Shown in pieces: positions 1-9,415 of a DNA stretch of 64,000 nt. Source of the stretch: an uncultured Oscillibacter sp. (GTDB lineage: Bacteria > Bacillota > Clostridia > Oscillospirales > Oscillospiraceae); the NCBI GenBank assembly GCA_947382875.1, contig CANDBG010000004.1, positions 7,067 to 71,066 of the forward strand, given 5' to 3'. Every line of letters begins with the position of its first letter. Position 1 is the stretch's first letter. Under the pieces are notes generated by a model that saw nothing but the letters and a program-made list of their open reading frames with translations, searched no databases and had not been told where the DNA came from. The translations under genes and the position numbers were made by a program.

Positions 1-284
1 ACGCCCATTTTCTCACTCCAGGCGGCAATCAGCGGCGGCAGGACGGCGCGGGCCTTGTCTTTCAGTGCGGCGATTTCGGACTCTGTGGGGGCCGGCGGCC
101 GGGCAACGGCCCGCTCCCGCTGGATGTTCAGATGGTTTTCAATCCAGCCGGTGTGTTTTTCGACAAAGGCGTCGATTTGGGTACGCGGGAGGGTGCAAGG
201 GGCGCGTACCAAAAGACGGCAGTCCTCTGTAATTTCCAGCGCCAGAGTTTTCCGGCGGGAACGTATGAGCTGATAATCTTTCAT
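1..284 (-). CDS. M48/DUF45 (YgjP-like) metallopeptidase family protein, 5' part (runs off window)
   Basis: Hand translation MKDYQLIRSRRKTLALEITEDCRLLVRAP...FVEKHTGWI...WSEKMG matches the DUF45 N-terminal pattern; not in the ORF track. Confidence 0.8.
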   Translation of the reverse strand, partial: MKDYQLIRSRRKTLALEITEDCRLLVRAPCTLPRTQIDAFVEKHTGWIENHLNIQRERAVARPPAPTESEIAALKDKARAVLPPLIAAWSEKMG

Positions 285-291
285 AAAATAC

Positions 292-320
292 AGTATAGCA
301 TAACCTGTCAAAAAACTCAA
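292..320 (-). promoter_or_regulatory. sigma-A promoter, probably leaderless transcript
   Basis: TTGAGT-N17-TATACT with TGn extension, 7 nt before the ATG at 284; no SD. Confidence 0.6.
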
Positions 321-400
321 GAAAAACCCGGACGGAATCCCTGAAATTTCTGTGCGGCCGGAGGTTTTTTATTTCCCAAAAGAAGGTTTGGAAAAGCACC

Positions 401-429
401 TTGCTCCTTTGTGTATTTTATGGTATACT
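401..429 (+). promoter_or_regulatory. sigma-A promoter
   Basis: TTGCTC-N17-TATACT with TGn extension. Confidence 0.6.
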
Positions 430-463
430 GCTGTCAATTTACCGGGAAAAAGGAGGCGGCGGG

Positions 464-1165
464 ATGTTTACCGGCTTCACACAGGATACCATTGACTTCA
501 TGTGGGGAATCCGTTTTAATAATGAGCGAGTCTGGTTCGAGGCCCACAAGGAAATGTATCTGACAACTTTCTACCATCCAATGAAAGAGCTTGGTGGAGA
601 AATGCTGGAATTCTTCCAGGGCCTGCGCCCGGACAGCGGCCTGATTTGCAAGGTGACGCGCATTTACCGGGATGCCCGTCGTCTTCATGGCCGCGGTCCC
701 TACAAGGAAAGCCTCTGGTTTTCGATTGAACGGCCCTCGGAACAATGGACGGCACAGCCGGTTTTCTGGTTCGAGCTGATGCCGGAGGGCTGGACCTACG
801 GCATGGGTTACTACATGGCCAAGCCCGTGACTATGGCCAAGCTCCGGGCACGGATTGCCCGTGACCCGGAAACCATGACGAAGCTGACCCGGGACCTGCA
901 AGGCCAGACGGAATTTGTTCTGGACGCGGAAAATTACAAGCGTCCGAAATGCGCTGCGCCGTCGACGCTGCTGGAACCGTGGTATCAGATGAAATCCTTT
1001 GCGATCTGCCACACGGACAAGCTGACGGAAGAACTTTTTTCCCGTGCAGTGATCGACCGCATGAAAAAAGGATATCAATTTCTGCTCCCCTATTACGACT
1101 ATTTTGTTACGCTGGACGGCGACCCGGACCCGCGGGAATCCGGGACCATGCGGCTCGTAATCTGA
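464..1165 (+). CDS. DUF2461 family protein
   Basis: AGGAGG RBS; FNNERVWFEAHK and RIYRDAR..PYK motifs. Confidence 0.8.
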   Translation: MFTGFTQDTIDFMWGIRFNNERVWFEAHKEMYLTTFYHPMKELGGEMLEFFQGLRPDSGLICKVTRIYRDARRLHGRGPYKESLWFSIERPSEQWTAQPVFWFELMPEGWTYGMGYYMAKPVTMAKLRARIARDPETMTKLTRDLQGQTEFVLDAENYKRPKCAAPSTLLEPWYQMKSFAICHTDKLTEELFSRAVIDRMKKGYQFLLPYYDYFVTLDGDPDPRESGTMRLVI

Positions 1166-1209
1166 TGGTCGAATTTTACAGACAGTATTTCAAAAAAGGA
1201 GATTTTACG

Positions 1210-1794
1210 ATGAAAGCTTATCCCGACCGTACAACAGCCCTGGCGCTGCTGCGCAAGTACAATCAGGAACCGTTTCACATTCAGCACGGTCTGACCGTGG
1301 AAGCCGTTCTGCGCTGGTACGCGCAGGAGCTGGGCCATGGTGAGGACGCCGATTTTTGGGCCGCGGTGGGCCTGCTGCATGACGTGGACTTCGAGCAGTG
1401 GCCGGAGGAGCACTGCAAAAAAGCGCCGGAGCTGCTGGCGGAAATCCATTGCAGTGAGGAATTTGTCCACGCCGTATGCAGCCATGGCTACGGGCTTTGC
1501 TCCGACGTGGAGCCGGTACATGAGATGGAAAAGGTGCTCTTTGCCGCCGACGAGCTGACGGGCCTGATTGGTGCCGCGGCGCGGATGCGTCCCAGTAAAT
1601 CGGTCAGCGACATGGAGGTGTCTTCCCTGAAGAAGAAATTCAAGGACAAAAAGTTTGCCGCCGGATGTTCCCGGGATGTCATCAAAGAGGGCGCGGAACG
1701 TCTGGGCTGGACGCTGGAGGAGCTGATGGAAAAAACCATCCTGGCGATGCGGGCCTGTGAGGACCAGATTGCCGCTGAAATGGAAACGCTGTAA
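1210..1794 (+). CDS. HD-superfamily (HDIG-type) hydrolase
   Basis: H..TVEAV, GLLHDVD, ADELTGLI, KKFKDKKFAAG motifs. Confidence 0.85.
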   Translation: MKAYPDRTTALALLRKYNQEPFHIQHGLTVEAVLRWYAQELGHGEDADFWAAVGLLHDVDFEQWPEEHCKKAPELLAEIHCSEEFVHAVCSHGYGLCSDVEPVHEMEKVLFAADELTGLIGAAARMRPSKSVSDMEVSSLKKKFKDKKFAAGCSRDVIKEGAERLGWTLEELMEKTILAMRACEDQIAAEMETL

Positions 1795-1795
1795 A

Positions 1796-2056
1796 ATGGA
1801 CGGATTTGTTCTTATACTCTCCCTGTTTTTAGTTTTTCTCATCGCGATGCTCTTTTTAATCTTCAATCTCAAAGGAAACTGGGCCGTATATTTATCCGCT
1901 TTCACGGCAACCCTGTCCGCATGGTTCGTCGGGTTGGTTCTCGATGCAAACATTCGCTTTGGAGACCCCTCCGGGTTTCTGTCCCTCCGGATTCTCCTGC
2001 CCGTATTGGCGATGGGACTCTGCATTCTGAACGCAATCCTGAAAAACCGCTTCTGA
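1796..2056 (+). CDS. small membrane protein (about 3 TM)
   Basis: Starts 1 nt after the upstream stop; three hydrophobic stretches. Confidence 0.55.
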   Translation: MDGFVLILSLFLVFLIAMLFLIFNLKGNWAVYLSAFTATLSAWFVGLVLDANIRFGDPSGFLSLRILLPVLAMGLCILNAILKNRF

Positions 2057-2090
2057 TTCGTAAATGCAAACGGGATTCCCCCGGCAAACC

Positions 2091-2119
2091 TTGACTTTAC
2101 CGGAATTCTATGTTACACT
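2091..2119 (+). promoter_or_regulatory. sigma-A promoter of scfAB
   Basis: TTGACT-N17-TACACT with TGn extension. Confidence 0.65.
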
Positions 2120-2192
2120 TCTTTGTCAGATAAGATGCCCGCCTGCGGGCGGCGCGTTCCTTCCAAATTTAACAGAAATGGAGTTCAATACC

Positions 2193-2333
2193 ATGAAAAG
2201 AATCAAGACCTTGGAAACCCGCAACCTCTGCACCAGCGCGAAAAAGGGCGGCTGCGGCGAGTGCCAGACCTCTTGCCAGTCCGCGTGCAAAACCAGCTGC
2301 GGCGTCGCCAACCAGACGTGCGAGAAGAAGTAA
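2193..2333 (+). CDS. scfA: SCIFF ranthipeptide precursor
   Basis: 46 aa with GGCGECQTSCQSACKTSC core, next to a radical SAM maturase. Confidence 0.95.
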   Translation: MKRIKTLETRNLCTSAKKGGCGECQTSCQSACKTSCGVANQTCEKK

Positions 2334-2346
2334 AAAACAGGCAGAC

Positions 2347-2375
2347 AGCGCCGCCCTTTCAGGCGGCGCTTTTTT
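2347..2375 (+). terminator. intrinsic terminator or attenuator between scfA and scfB
   Basis: AGCGCCGCC/GGCGGCGCT stem followed by a T-run. Confidence 0.7.
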
Positions 2376-2394
2376 CCGACATGCAGGGGGTTTT

Positions 2395-3774
2395 ATGGTA
2401 CATCAATACAAACTGAACGGCTACAACATCGTTCTGGATACCTGTTCCGGCGGAATCCATGTGGTGGATGACGTAGCCTACGACGTAATCGCACGGTATC
2501 CGGATCATACGCCGGAGGAAATCATTGCGGAACTGCTGGAAAAATACCCGGACCGTTCCGACGTGACCGCGGAGGAGCTGACGGAGTGCATTGCAGACGT
2601 AACCGAGCTGGTCAAAACCGGCCAGCTCTACACGCCCGACACCTTTGCGGACATAGCGGGCGCTTTCAAGGAGCGGTCCGGCGGCGTGGTGAAAGCGCTG
2701 TGCCTCCATGTCGCCCACACCTGCAACCTCAACTGCTCCTATTGCTTCGCCAGTCAGGGGAAATACCATGGCGACCGGGCCTTGATGTCCTTCGAGGTGG
2801 GAAAACGGGCGCTGGACTTTCTGATCGAGCATTCCGGTTCCCGGACAAACCTGGAAGTGGACTTTTTCGGCGGTGAACCGCTAATGAACTGGGAGGTCGT
2901 AAAGCAATTGGTGGCCTACGCCCGTACCCAGGAGGAACCCCGCGGGAAAAAATTCCGGTTTACGCTCACAACCAACGGAATGCTGATTGATGACGATGTG
3001 ATTGATTTTGCGAACCGCGAAATGGATAACGTTGTTCTGAGTCTGGACGGCCGGAAGGAAATCCATGACCGTCTCCGGGTGGACTGCGCCGGAAATGGCA
3101 GTTATGACACAATTGTTCCGAAATTCCAGAAGCTGGCGGCGTCCAGAGGCGGAAAATCTTATTACATCCGCGGAACCTTCACCCACGCCAACCCCGATTT
3201 TACGAAAGACGTATTTCACATGGCGGATTTGGGCTTCACAGAATTAAGCATGGAACCGGTAGTCTGCGCCCCTGGCGACCCCGCCGCGCTGACGGCGGAA
3301 GATTTGGAAATCGTCAAGGAGCAATATGAGATTCTGGCGAAGGAAATGCTCCGGCGGCAGCGGGCCGGTACGCCTCTTACGTTTTACCACTATATGTTGG
3401 ACCTCACCGGCGGGCCGTGCATTTACAAGCGGATTTCCGGCTGCGGCTCCGGCACGGAATACATGGCTGTAACGCCTTGGGGCGACCTGTACCCCTGCCA
3501 CCAGTTCGTAGGCGAAGACGCTTACAAGCTGGGCGATGTCTGGAACGGCGCAACAAATTCCGCGCTGCAGGAGGAATTCCGTGCCTGTAATGCTTACGCC
3601 CGTCCAGGCTGCGCCGACTGCTGGGCCAAGCTCTACTGTTCCGGCGGCTGCGCGGCCAATGCGTACCATGCCTCCGGGTCCATCCGGGGCGTTTACGAGC
3701 CAGGCTGCGAGCTGTTCCGCAAGCGGATTGAGTGTGCGGTCATGCTTCAGGCGGCTCAGGCGGACGAAACATGA
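2395..3774 (+). CDS. scfB: SCIFF radical SAM/SPASM thioether maturase
   Basis: CNLNCSYC motif, FFGGEPL, SPASM cysteines. Confidence 0.95.
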   Translation: MVHQYKLNGYNIVLDTCSGGIHVVDDVAYDVIARYPDHTPEEIIAELLEKYPDRSDVTAEELTECIADVTELVKTGQLYTPDTFADIAGAFKERSGGVVKALCLHVAHTCNLNCSYCFASQGKYHGDRALMSFEVGKRALDFLIEHSGSRTNLEVDFFGGEPLMNWEVVKQLVAYARTQEEPRGKKFRFTLTTNGMLIDDDVIDFANREMDNVVLSLDGRKEIHDRLRVDCAGNGSYDTIVPKFQKLAASRGGKSYYIRGTFTHANPDFTKDVFHMADLGFTELSMEPVVCAPGDPAALTAEDLEIVKEQYEILAKEMLRRQRAGTPLTFYHYMLDLTGGPCIYKRISGCGSGTEYMAVTPWGDLYPCHQFVGEDAYKLGDVWNGATNSALQEEFRACNAYARPGCADCWAKLYCSGGCAANAYHASGSIRGVYEPGCELFRKRIECAVMLQAAQADET

Positions 3775-5117
3775 CGACACCTGTCTGGGATTTTGTGCGG
3801 GGCTATCAGACGGAGGGGTTAGCGCGGTTTCATATGCCGGGACACAAGGGAACCGGACTTTTGGGCTGCGAGGCGTGGGATATCACAGAGATTGCCGGTG
3901 CGGATTCGCTCTATGAAGCGTCCGGAATTCTCGCGGAAAGCGAGCGGAATGCCGCCGCGCTGTTCGGCTCCCGGCAGACGCTGTTTTCCACGGAAGGTTC
4001 CAGTCAATGCATCCGGGCGATGCTATACCTGGCCCTGACCCGCCGAGCCGCCGGCACGTCGCCGGTGATCGTGGCGGCGCGGAACGCGCATAAAGCGTTT
4101 CTCTACGCCGCCGCGCTGCTGGACTTTGAAATCGTCTGGCTCTGGCCGGAGGATGGTACAAATTCCCTCTGTTCCTGTCCTGTCACGGCGGAGGGCCTGG
4201 AACACACTTTAATTTCGCTGAACGCCCCGCCCGCTGCGGTTTACATTACCAGTCCCGATTATTTGGGCGGCATGGCGGACATTTCTGCGCTGGCGGAGGT
4301 GTGTCACAAGCACCGTACCATTTTAGCCGTGGACAATGCTCACGGGGCCTATCTGCATTTTTTGAATCCACGCCGTCACCCGCTGGACCTTGGCGCGGAC
4401 CTTTGCTGTGATTCCGCACACAAGACTCTGCCGGTTCTCACCGGCGGCGCTTACCTGCACATCTCCAAACGTGCGCCGGAGTTGGAAAACGTCAAAGACG
4501 CCCTGGCATTGTTCGGGTCCACCAGTCCTTCCTATTTGACGCTGACTTCCCTGGACTTATGCAATGCGTATCTTGCCGGAGAGGGTCCGGCACGCATCCG
4601 CGCCGTGGCCGAAGGGCTTGCAGCAGTCAAACAGGAACTCTCCGCTCAAGGCTGGATTTTTACGGGCGATGAACCTTTGAAGCTCGTCTTTGACGCCGCG
4701 TCTTCCGGCTGGGACGGCTTTGCACTGGAGGGCCTTCTTCGCACCGGAGGCGTAGAACCGGAGTATACGGACCGGGATTATGTTGTTCTGATGGCCTCCG
4801 GCTCCACAGACCAGGAAGCGCTGCAAATCGCGGCAAACGCACCCGGTCTTGCCGGCCCGGGTCCATTCCGTATCCGGGCCGCCCTGCCTCTGGCGAAAGC
4901 CGAATCGGTAATGTCTGTCCGAAAGGCCCTGTTCGCCTCCCAGGAGTCCATCCCCGCCGCCGAAAGCCTGGGACGCATTTGCGGCGCGCCGTCCGTAGGC
5001 TGTCCGCCCGCCATTCCGATTGCCGTATCCGGCGAACGCATCGGGCCGGAGGCTGTGGAACTCTTTCAGACTTATGGCGTGGAAACGATTGCCGTGGTCA
5101 AGAAAAATTTTTGTTGA
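3771..5117 (+). CDS. PLP-dependent Orn/Lys/Arg decarboxylase family protein
   Basis: FHMPGHKG, DNAHGA, SAHKTLP, STSPSY; ATGA overlap with scfB. Confidence 0.85.
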   Translation: MTTPVWDFVRGYQTEGLARFHMPGHKGTGLLGCEAWDITEIAGADSLYEASGILAESERNAAALFGSRQTLFSTEGSSQCIRAMLYLALTRRAAGTSPVIVAARNAHKAFLYAAALLDFEIVWLWPEDGTNSLCSCPVTAEGLEHTLISLNAPPAAVYITSPDYLGGMADISALAEVCHKHRTILAVDNAHGAYLHFLNPRRHPLDLGADLCCDSAHKTLPVLTGGAYLHISKRAPELENVKDALALFGSTSPSYLTLTSLDLCNAYLAGEGPARIRAVAEGLAAVKQELSAQGWIFTGDEPLKLVFDAASSGWDGFALEGLLRTGGVEPEYTDRDYVVLMASGSTDQEALQIAANAPGLAGPGPFRIRAALPLAKAESVMSVRKALFASQESIPAAESLGRICGAPSVGCPPAIPIAVSGERIGPEAVELFQTYGVETIAVVKKNFC

Positions 5118-5220
5118 AACCCGTAAAAACGGGCACACTAGTTACCAATGGACGGCTGTAACCGTTCATACGAAACGCTTTCCCGGCGGACGAAGCCGGG
5201 AGAGAAATTGGGAGGTAACT

Positions 5221-5403
5221 ATGCAAGCGACCGTGAATGAAAACTGCATTGCCTGCGGCCTGTGTGTGGAGAGCTGTCCGGTAGTGTTCAACATGGGCGG
5301 CGACGGCGTTGCTCATGGCGGCGAAGTCCCTGAAAACCAGCTCGGCGACGCCCAGAGCGCCCGGGACGCCTGTCCGGTCAACGCCATCAACATCGAGGAA
5401 TAA
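5221..5403 (+). CDS. ferredoxin
   Basis: GGAGG RBS; CIACGLC..CP...CPVNAI. Confidence 0.9.
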   Translation: MQATVNENCIACGLCVESCPVVFNMGGDGVAHGGEVPENQLGDAQSARDACPVNAINIEE

Positions 5404-5424
5404 CGCGTAAAAACCTGTGAAAAG

Positions 5425-5472
5425 ACAAAGAGCGTTTTCAAGAGCAGAACTTGAAAACGCTTTTTGTTTTTC
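5425..5472 (+). terminator. intrinsic terminator
   Basis: AGCGTTTTCAAG/CTTGAAAACGCT stem followed by T-run. Confidence 0.75.
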
Positions 5473-5496
5473 TTTCCCGAAATTCATATTTTCTGG

Positions 5497-5525
5497 TTGA
5501 CGCCTTCCGCTGGAACCGATACAAT
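5497..5525 (+). promoter_or_regulatory. sigma-A promoter
   Basis: TTGACG-N17-TACAAT. Confidence 0.7.
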
Positions 5526-5547
5526 GGAGAAAAGGGAGGATTTCACA

Positions 5548-5964
5548 ATGGATTACGAAAAAATCAGGATTTACCGCAATACAAGCAACCCCTACACCCA
5601 AAGCCAGGGAATTTATCTGGAGGAACTGCGTCCCGGCTATGCCAAAGTTGTGAAAACCGTCCGGCCGGAAGACTTGAACCCACTGAAGGTTCCCCATGGC
5701 GGCGTATACTTCACCATGGCCGACAACGCCTGCGGTTCCGCCATGGCGGCTTATGGCTATATGGCTGTGACGCTCAACGCCTCCTATAACTTCCTTAAAA
5801 GCGCTCGTCTGGGCGACACTCTCACAGCGGAAGCGCACGAAGTCCGGCACGGCAAAACCGTTTCCACCTTCGAGGCCCGCGTCACCGGTCCGGACGGCGT
5901 ACTCCTGGGAACCGGAACGTTCACGTTTTTTCAGCTGGACAAAAAGCTCCCGGAATTCGAATAA
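5548..5964 (+). CDS. PaaI-family hotdog thioesterase
   Basis: NPLKVPHGGVYFTMAD motif; GGAGG RBS. Confidence 0.9.
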   Translation: MDYEKIRIYRNTSNPYTQSQGIYLEELRPGYAKVVKTVRPEDLNPLKVPHGGVYFTMADNACGSAMAAYGYMAVTLNASYNFLKSARLGDTLTAEAHEVRHGKTVSTFEARVTGPDGVLLGTGTFTFFQLDKKLPEFE

Positions 5965-5971
5965 TTTCAGC

Positions 5972-5999
5972 AAAAGGACGGCAGGTTTGCCGTCCTTTT
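5972..5999. terminator. bidirectional terminator
   Basis: AAAAGGACGGCA/TGCCGTCCTTTT between convergent genes. Confidence 0.8.
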
Positions 6000-6006
6000 C
6001 TTCCGT

Positions 6007-6102
6007 TTATCCGATGTAGGGCAAAATCAGCGACGCCACAATCGCCAGCGCCAGAATCAAGGCCAGCGCCATGGCGACAATACGTTTGAATTTCCCGTTC
6101 AC
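6007..6102 (-). CDS. 31-aa single-TM small protein
   Basis: GGAGGAG RBS; GTGA overlap with DUF951; MNGKFKRIVAMALALILALAIVASLILPYIG. Confidence 0.65.
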   Translation of the reverse strand: MNGKFKRIVAMALALILALAIVASLILPYIG

Positions 6103-6290
6103 GTAGACTCCTCCTTTGTCAGAATCTTCCGAATGCTTTTTTCCGCCTTGCTGCGCGGGAGCATCAGTTCATGACCGCACCCCAGGCATTTCAGCTTGAT
6201 ATCCATTCCAACCCGCAGAATTTCCCACCGGCTGCTTCCGCAGGGATGGGGTTTTTTCAGCTCTGCCAAATCATGTAAATGCAGGTCCAT
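6099..6290 (-). CDS. DUF951 family protein
   Basis: LKKPHPCGS..WEILRVGMDIKLKCLGCG. Confidence 0.9.
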   Translation of the reverse strand: MDLHLHDLAELKKPHPCGSSRWEILRVGMDIKLKCLGCGHELMLPRSKAEKSIRKILTKEEST

Positions 6291-6383
6291 ACGCGCCTCC
6301 TGTCAACCCAGTCCTTCTTGCTGCATATATTGGTTTATCAACGTAAATTGCCGCGGTCGGCGGCAGATAGGATGCGATCAATC

Positions 6384-7337
6384 ATGCCGGAAAATTTTCG
6401 TTACCCGCCGGAGGGCCTTCGTCCTCCCACCCCCTGCTCCCTCGCCGTTCTGCGGGACGCCCTGGAAAACGGCGAATTTTTGGAAGCGGAGGTCCAACGC
6501 TGCGGCGCGGACCACACCTTGTACATATCCCTGGACGGCATAGAAGGCCGGATTCCTCGGCCGGAGGCCGTCGCCCCGTGGATCAGCGGGTCTGAACGGG
6601 ACATTGCCGTACTGTCCCGGGTCGGAAAGCAAACCTGTTTTACCGTCACCGCCCTGGAAGCCGATGAAAAAGGCGCGCCTCTGGCCTGGCTCTCCCGGCG
6701 GGCCGTACAGGAAAAGGCAATGGCCTATTTCCTGGAACACCTGACGCCAGGCTCTGTCCTTACAGGGCGCGTGACGCGGCTGGAACCCTTTGGGGCTTTC
6801 GTTGACATTGGCTGCGGCATCATTGCCATGCTGCCTATTGAACACATTTCCATTTCCCGCATCTCTCACCCGAAAGACCGCTTCTGTATCGGACAAAAAA
6901 TTCTGGCGGCGGTCAAAGCCTTTGACCGGGAACGGCGGCGCATTACGCTTACCCACCGGGAACTGCTGGGGACCTGGATGGAAAACGCCAGCCATTTCCG
7001 GGCCGGTGAGACGGTCCGGGGCATTGTCCGGAGTGTCAAGGATTACGGCAGTTTTATTGAATTGGCCCCGAATCTCTCCGGCCTCGCCGACGCCAAAGAA
7101 CGTCTGGAACCCGGCGACGGCGTGTCTGTTTATATCAAGAGCATCCGCCCGGAACGGATGAAGGTGAAGCTGCAAGTGATTGAAAAGCTGCCTCCCCTGA
7201 CGGAACCGGAACCTTTGCGGTATCAAGTCACTGACGGCATTCTGAACCACTGGGTCTATTCGCCTCCGAACTACGAAAAGACCATGGTGGAGACCGTCTT
7301 TGCGCCGGAAGAAGCGTGCGGTTCCTCTGACGGCTAG
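6384..7337 (+). CDS. multi-S1 RNA-binding domain protein
   Basis: Repeated S1 motifs (GRVTRLEPFGAFVDIG, GIVRSVKDYGSFIEL); start may be 6372. Confidence 0.8.
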   Translation: MPENFRYPPEGLRPPTPCSLAVLRDALENGEFLEAEVQRCGADHTLYISLDGIEGRIPRPEAVAPWISGSERDIAVLSRVGKQTCFTVTALEADEKGAPLAWLSRRAVQEKAMAYFLEHLTPGSVLTGRVTRLEPFGAFVDIGCGIIAMLPIEHISISRISHPKDRFCIGQKILAAVKAFDRERRRITLTHRELLGTWMENASHFRAGETVRGIVRSVKDYGSFIELAPNLSGLADAKERLEPGDGVSVYIKSIRPERMKVKLQVIEKLPPLTEPEPLRYQVTDGILNHWVYSPPNYEKTMVETVFAPEEACGSSDG

Positions 7338-7348
7338 ACAGACACGCG

Positions 7349-8617
7349 TCAGATTTCTCCTTTTCCCTTGATTTTTTCCCAGTAGGCTTTCGCGGCCTGT
7401 TCGGTCTTGTTCTCGCCCCACTCATAGTAATGAACATCTTTCAAGGCGTCGGGCAGGTACTGCTGGGCAACCCAGTGACCAGGGAAATTGTGGGGATACA
7501 AATAATGCTGACGGCTGTCAAAGCCGGTCGTGTCGGCGTGGACGTTCTGAAGCTGCCGGGGCACGTCGCCCGTACGGCCCGCCCGCACGTCGGCCCGCGC
7601 CCTGCCGATTCCCTCGGTGATGCTGTTGGATTTCGGCGCGGTCGCCAACAATACGGCGGCCTGAGCCAGGGGAAGCTGGGCTTCCGGGAGCCCCAGCTGC
7701 ATGGCCGTATCCACGCAGGCCTTGACGATTGCCACAGCCTGGGGGTACGCCAGGCCGACGTCCTCGCTGGCGGAGCAGAGCAGACGGCGGCAGGGCGTCA
7801 CCAGATCCCCGGCCTCCAGGAAGCGCGCCAGGTAATGGAGCGCAGCGTCCGGGTCGCTGCCCCGCAGGGACTTCATCAGGGCAGAGGCGAGGTCATACAT
7901 GGCGTCGCCGCCCTTGTCATAGCGCATGGCGCTGCGCTGGGAAACCTGTTCGGCGTCCGCGCAGGTGAGGTACCGTACGCCGTCCCGCAGAGGCGCCGCG
8001 CTGCAAAGAAGCTCCACGGCATTCATGGCTTTGCGCACATCGCCGCCGCAGGCGGTGGCGATGTGCAGCGGAAGCCCTGGCTCCCAGTTCAGGGGCCCGC
8101 GGGATTTCTCGATTTCCAACGCCCGCAGAACTGCCGGTTCCACTTCTTTCGGCGGTACGGATTTGAATTCAAACACCGTGCTGCGGGAAAGTAGCGCGCC
8201 GTATACGTAAAAATACGGATTTTCCGTTGTGGAAGCAATCAGCGTCAGCTTGCCGTTTTCCATGAATTCCAAAAGGCTTTGCTGCTGCTTTTTGTTAAAA
8301 TACTGAATCTCGTCCAGATACAGCAGGATGCCGCCGGGGGCCAGCAGGGTGTCCACATCCGCTATGACATCCTTGACATCCTGCAAAGAGGCCGTGGTTG
8401 CGTTCAGACGGTACAGGGTTTTGTGCGTCTTTTCCGCAATCAGGTTTGCAATGGTCGTTTTTCCGGTGCCGGACGGGCCGTAGAAAACCATATTTGCCTC
8501 GGTTCCCGCTTCGATCAGGCGGCGCAGGACGGCTCCAGGCGCTAACAGGTGCCGCTGTCCTACGACTTCTTCCAATGTCCTGGGACGAATTTCGTCCGCC
8601 AGTGGACGACGCTGCAT
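7349..8617 (-). CDS. rarA: replication-associated recombination protein A
   Basis: Walker A GPSGTGKT, LDEIQYFNKKQQ, KSLRGSDPDA. Confidence 0.95.
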   Translation of the reverse strand: MQRRPLADEIRPRTLEEVVGQRHLLAPGAVLRRLIEAGTEANMVFYGPSGTGKTTIANLIAEKTHKTLYRLNATTASLQDVKDVIADVDTLLAPGGILLYLDEIQYFNKKQQQSLLEFMENGKLTLIASTTENPYFYVYGALLSRSTVFEFKSVPPKEVEPAVLRALEIEKSRGPLNWEPGLPLHIATACGGDVRKAMNAVELLCSAAPLRDGVRYLTCADAEQVSQRSAMRYDKGGDAMYDLASALMKSLRGSDPDAALHYLARFLEAGDLVTPCRRLLCSASEDVGLAYPQAVAIVKACVDTAMQLGLPEAQLPLAQAAVLLATAPKSNSITEGIGRARADVRAGRTGDVPRQLQNVHADTTGFDSRQHYLYPHNFPGHWVAQQYLPDALKDVHYYEWGENKTEQAAKAYWEKIKGKGEI

Positions 8618-8662
8618 TTGCCGTCTCTCCCTTCTTCTGCATCCCGCAAAGGGGTCTTTGCC

Positions 8663-8691
8663 ATTGTACCACAGCCGCCTGGTTCCGTCAA
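8663..8691 (-). promoter_or_regulatory. sigma-A promoter of rarA
   Basis: TTGACG-N17-TACAAT with TGn extension. Confidence 0.7.
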
Positions 8692-9263
8692 AGCATTTGT
8701 TTTAGAAGCGGCGTGGAACCGGACGATTCCTTCAAAACATATTCGAGCTGGCAGTCAAATGGTTCTTTTGCAGCATGATGTTCGTCATATTCCAACGCTT
8801 CCACACACCCCATGGCTTTGTAAAACGCCTGTGTTTCCACAGCTGAATGTGCCGAAATATAAAGTTTTTTCGCGCCGGACTTTTTTGCATATTCCTTGGC
8901 CGCTTCAAATAACTTTCCGCCCATTCCAAGTCCGCGCATATCCTGTGAAACATGGATACTCGTTAAATCTGCATATTGCTTTTTGCTGCCGAGCAATGCG
9001 CTTTCAACCGAAACAAACGCCTTGAGTTTACCGTCTGCAAACGCGCCGCAGAGCAGTCCGCCTGTTTTAACGGTATTTTTCAAGCACTCCACAAGTGTAA
9101 TATAGTCGTTTTCGTTCCAATCGTCAACAAACGGGTCGCTTTTCACAACCCACTGCCCGTTTATCTTACGCAAGCAATCCGTAACGATTTGTGTTCGTAT
9201 GAACGATGAAAAAAGCCCCGTGTCAAGCTCTGAATACTCAATTGGTCTGTATATGATTTCCAT
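8688..9263 (-). CDS. GNAT family acetyltransferase
   Basis: HVSQDMRGLGMGGKL acetyl-CoA motif, AFYKAMGC. Confidence 0.85.
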   Translation of the reverse strand: MEIIYRPIEYSELDTGLFSSFIRTQIVTDCLRKINGQWVVKSDPFVDDWNENDYITLVECLKNTVKTGGLLCGAFADGKLKAFVSVESALLGSKKQYADLTSIHVSQDMRGLGMGGKLFEAAKEYAKKSGAKKLYISAHSAVETQAFYKAMGCVEALEYDEHHAAKEPFDCQLEYVLKESSGSTPLLKQML

Positions 9264-9415
9264 ACCGCTCGCCTCCCGTATCGACTGGTGATCTGATTAT
9301 AGCACAGCCCTTTTTGCCTGTCCACAAAATGCATATCCGGGCTGTAAAAAACAGGTTTCCCACCGCGTAAAATTGTGGTATAATTTTACTATCACAGCGG
9401 AAAAGGAGCCGGATT

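Noticed and set aside
5110-5142. sigF/sigG-like promoter before the ferredoxin (GGGCACACTA)
   Set aside because: No convincing -35 at the right spacing
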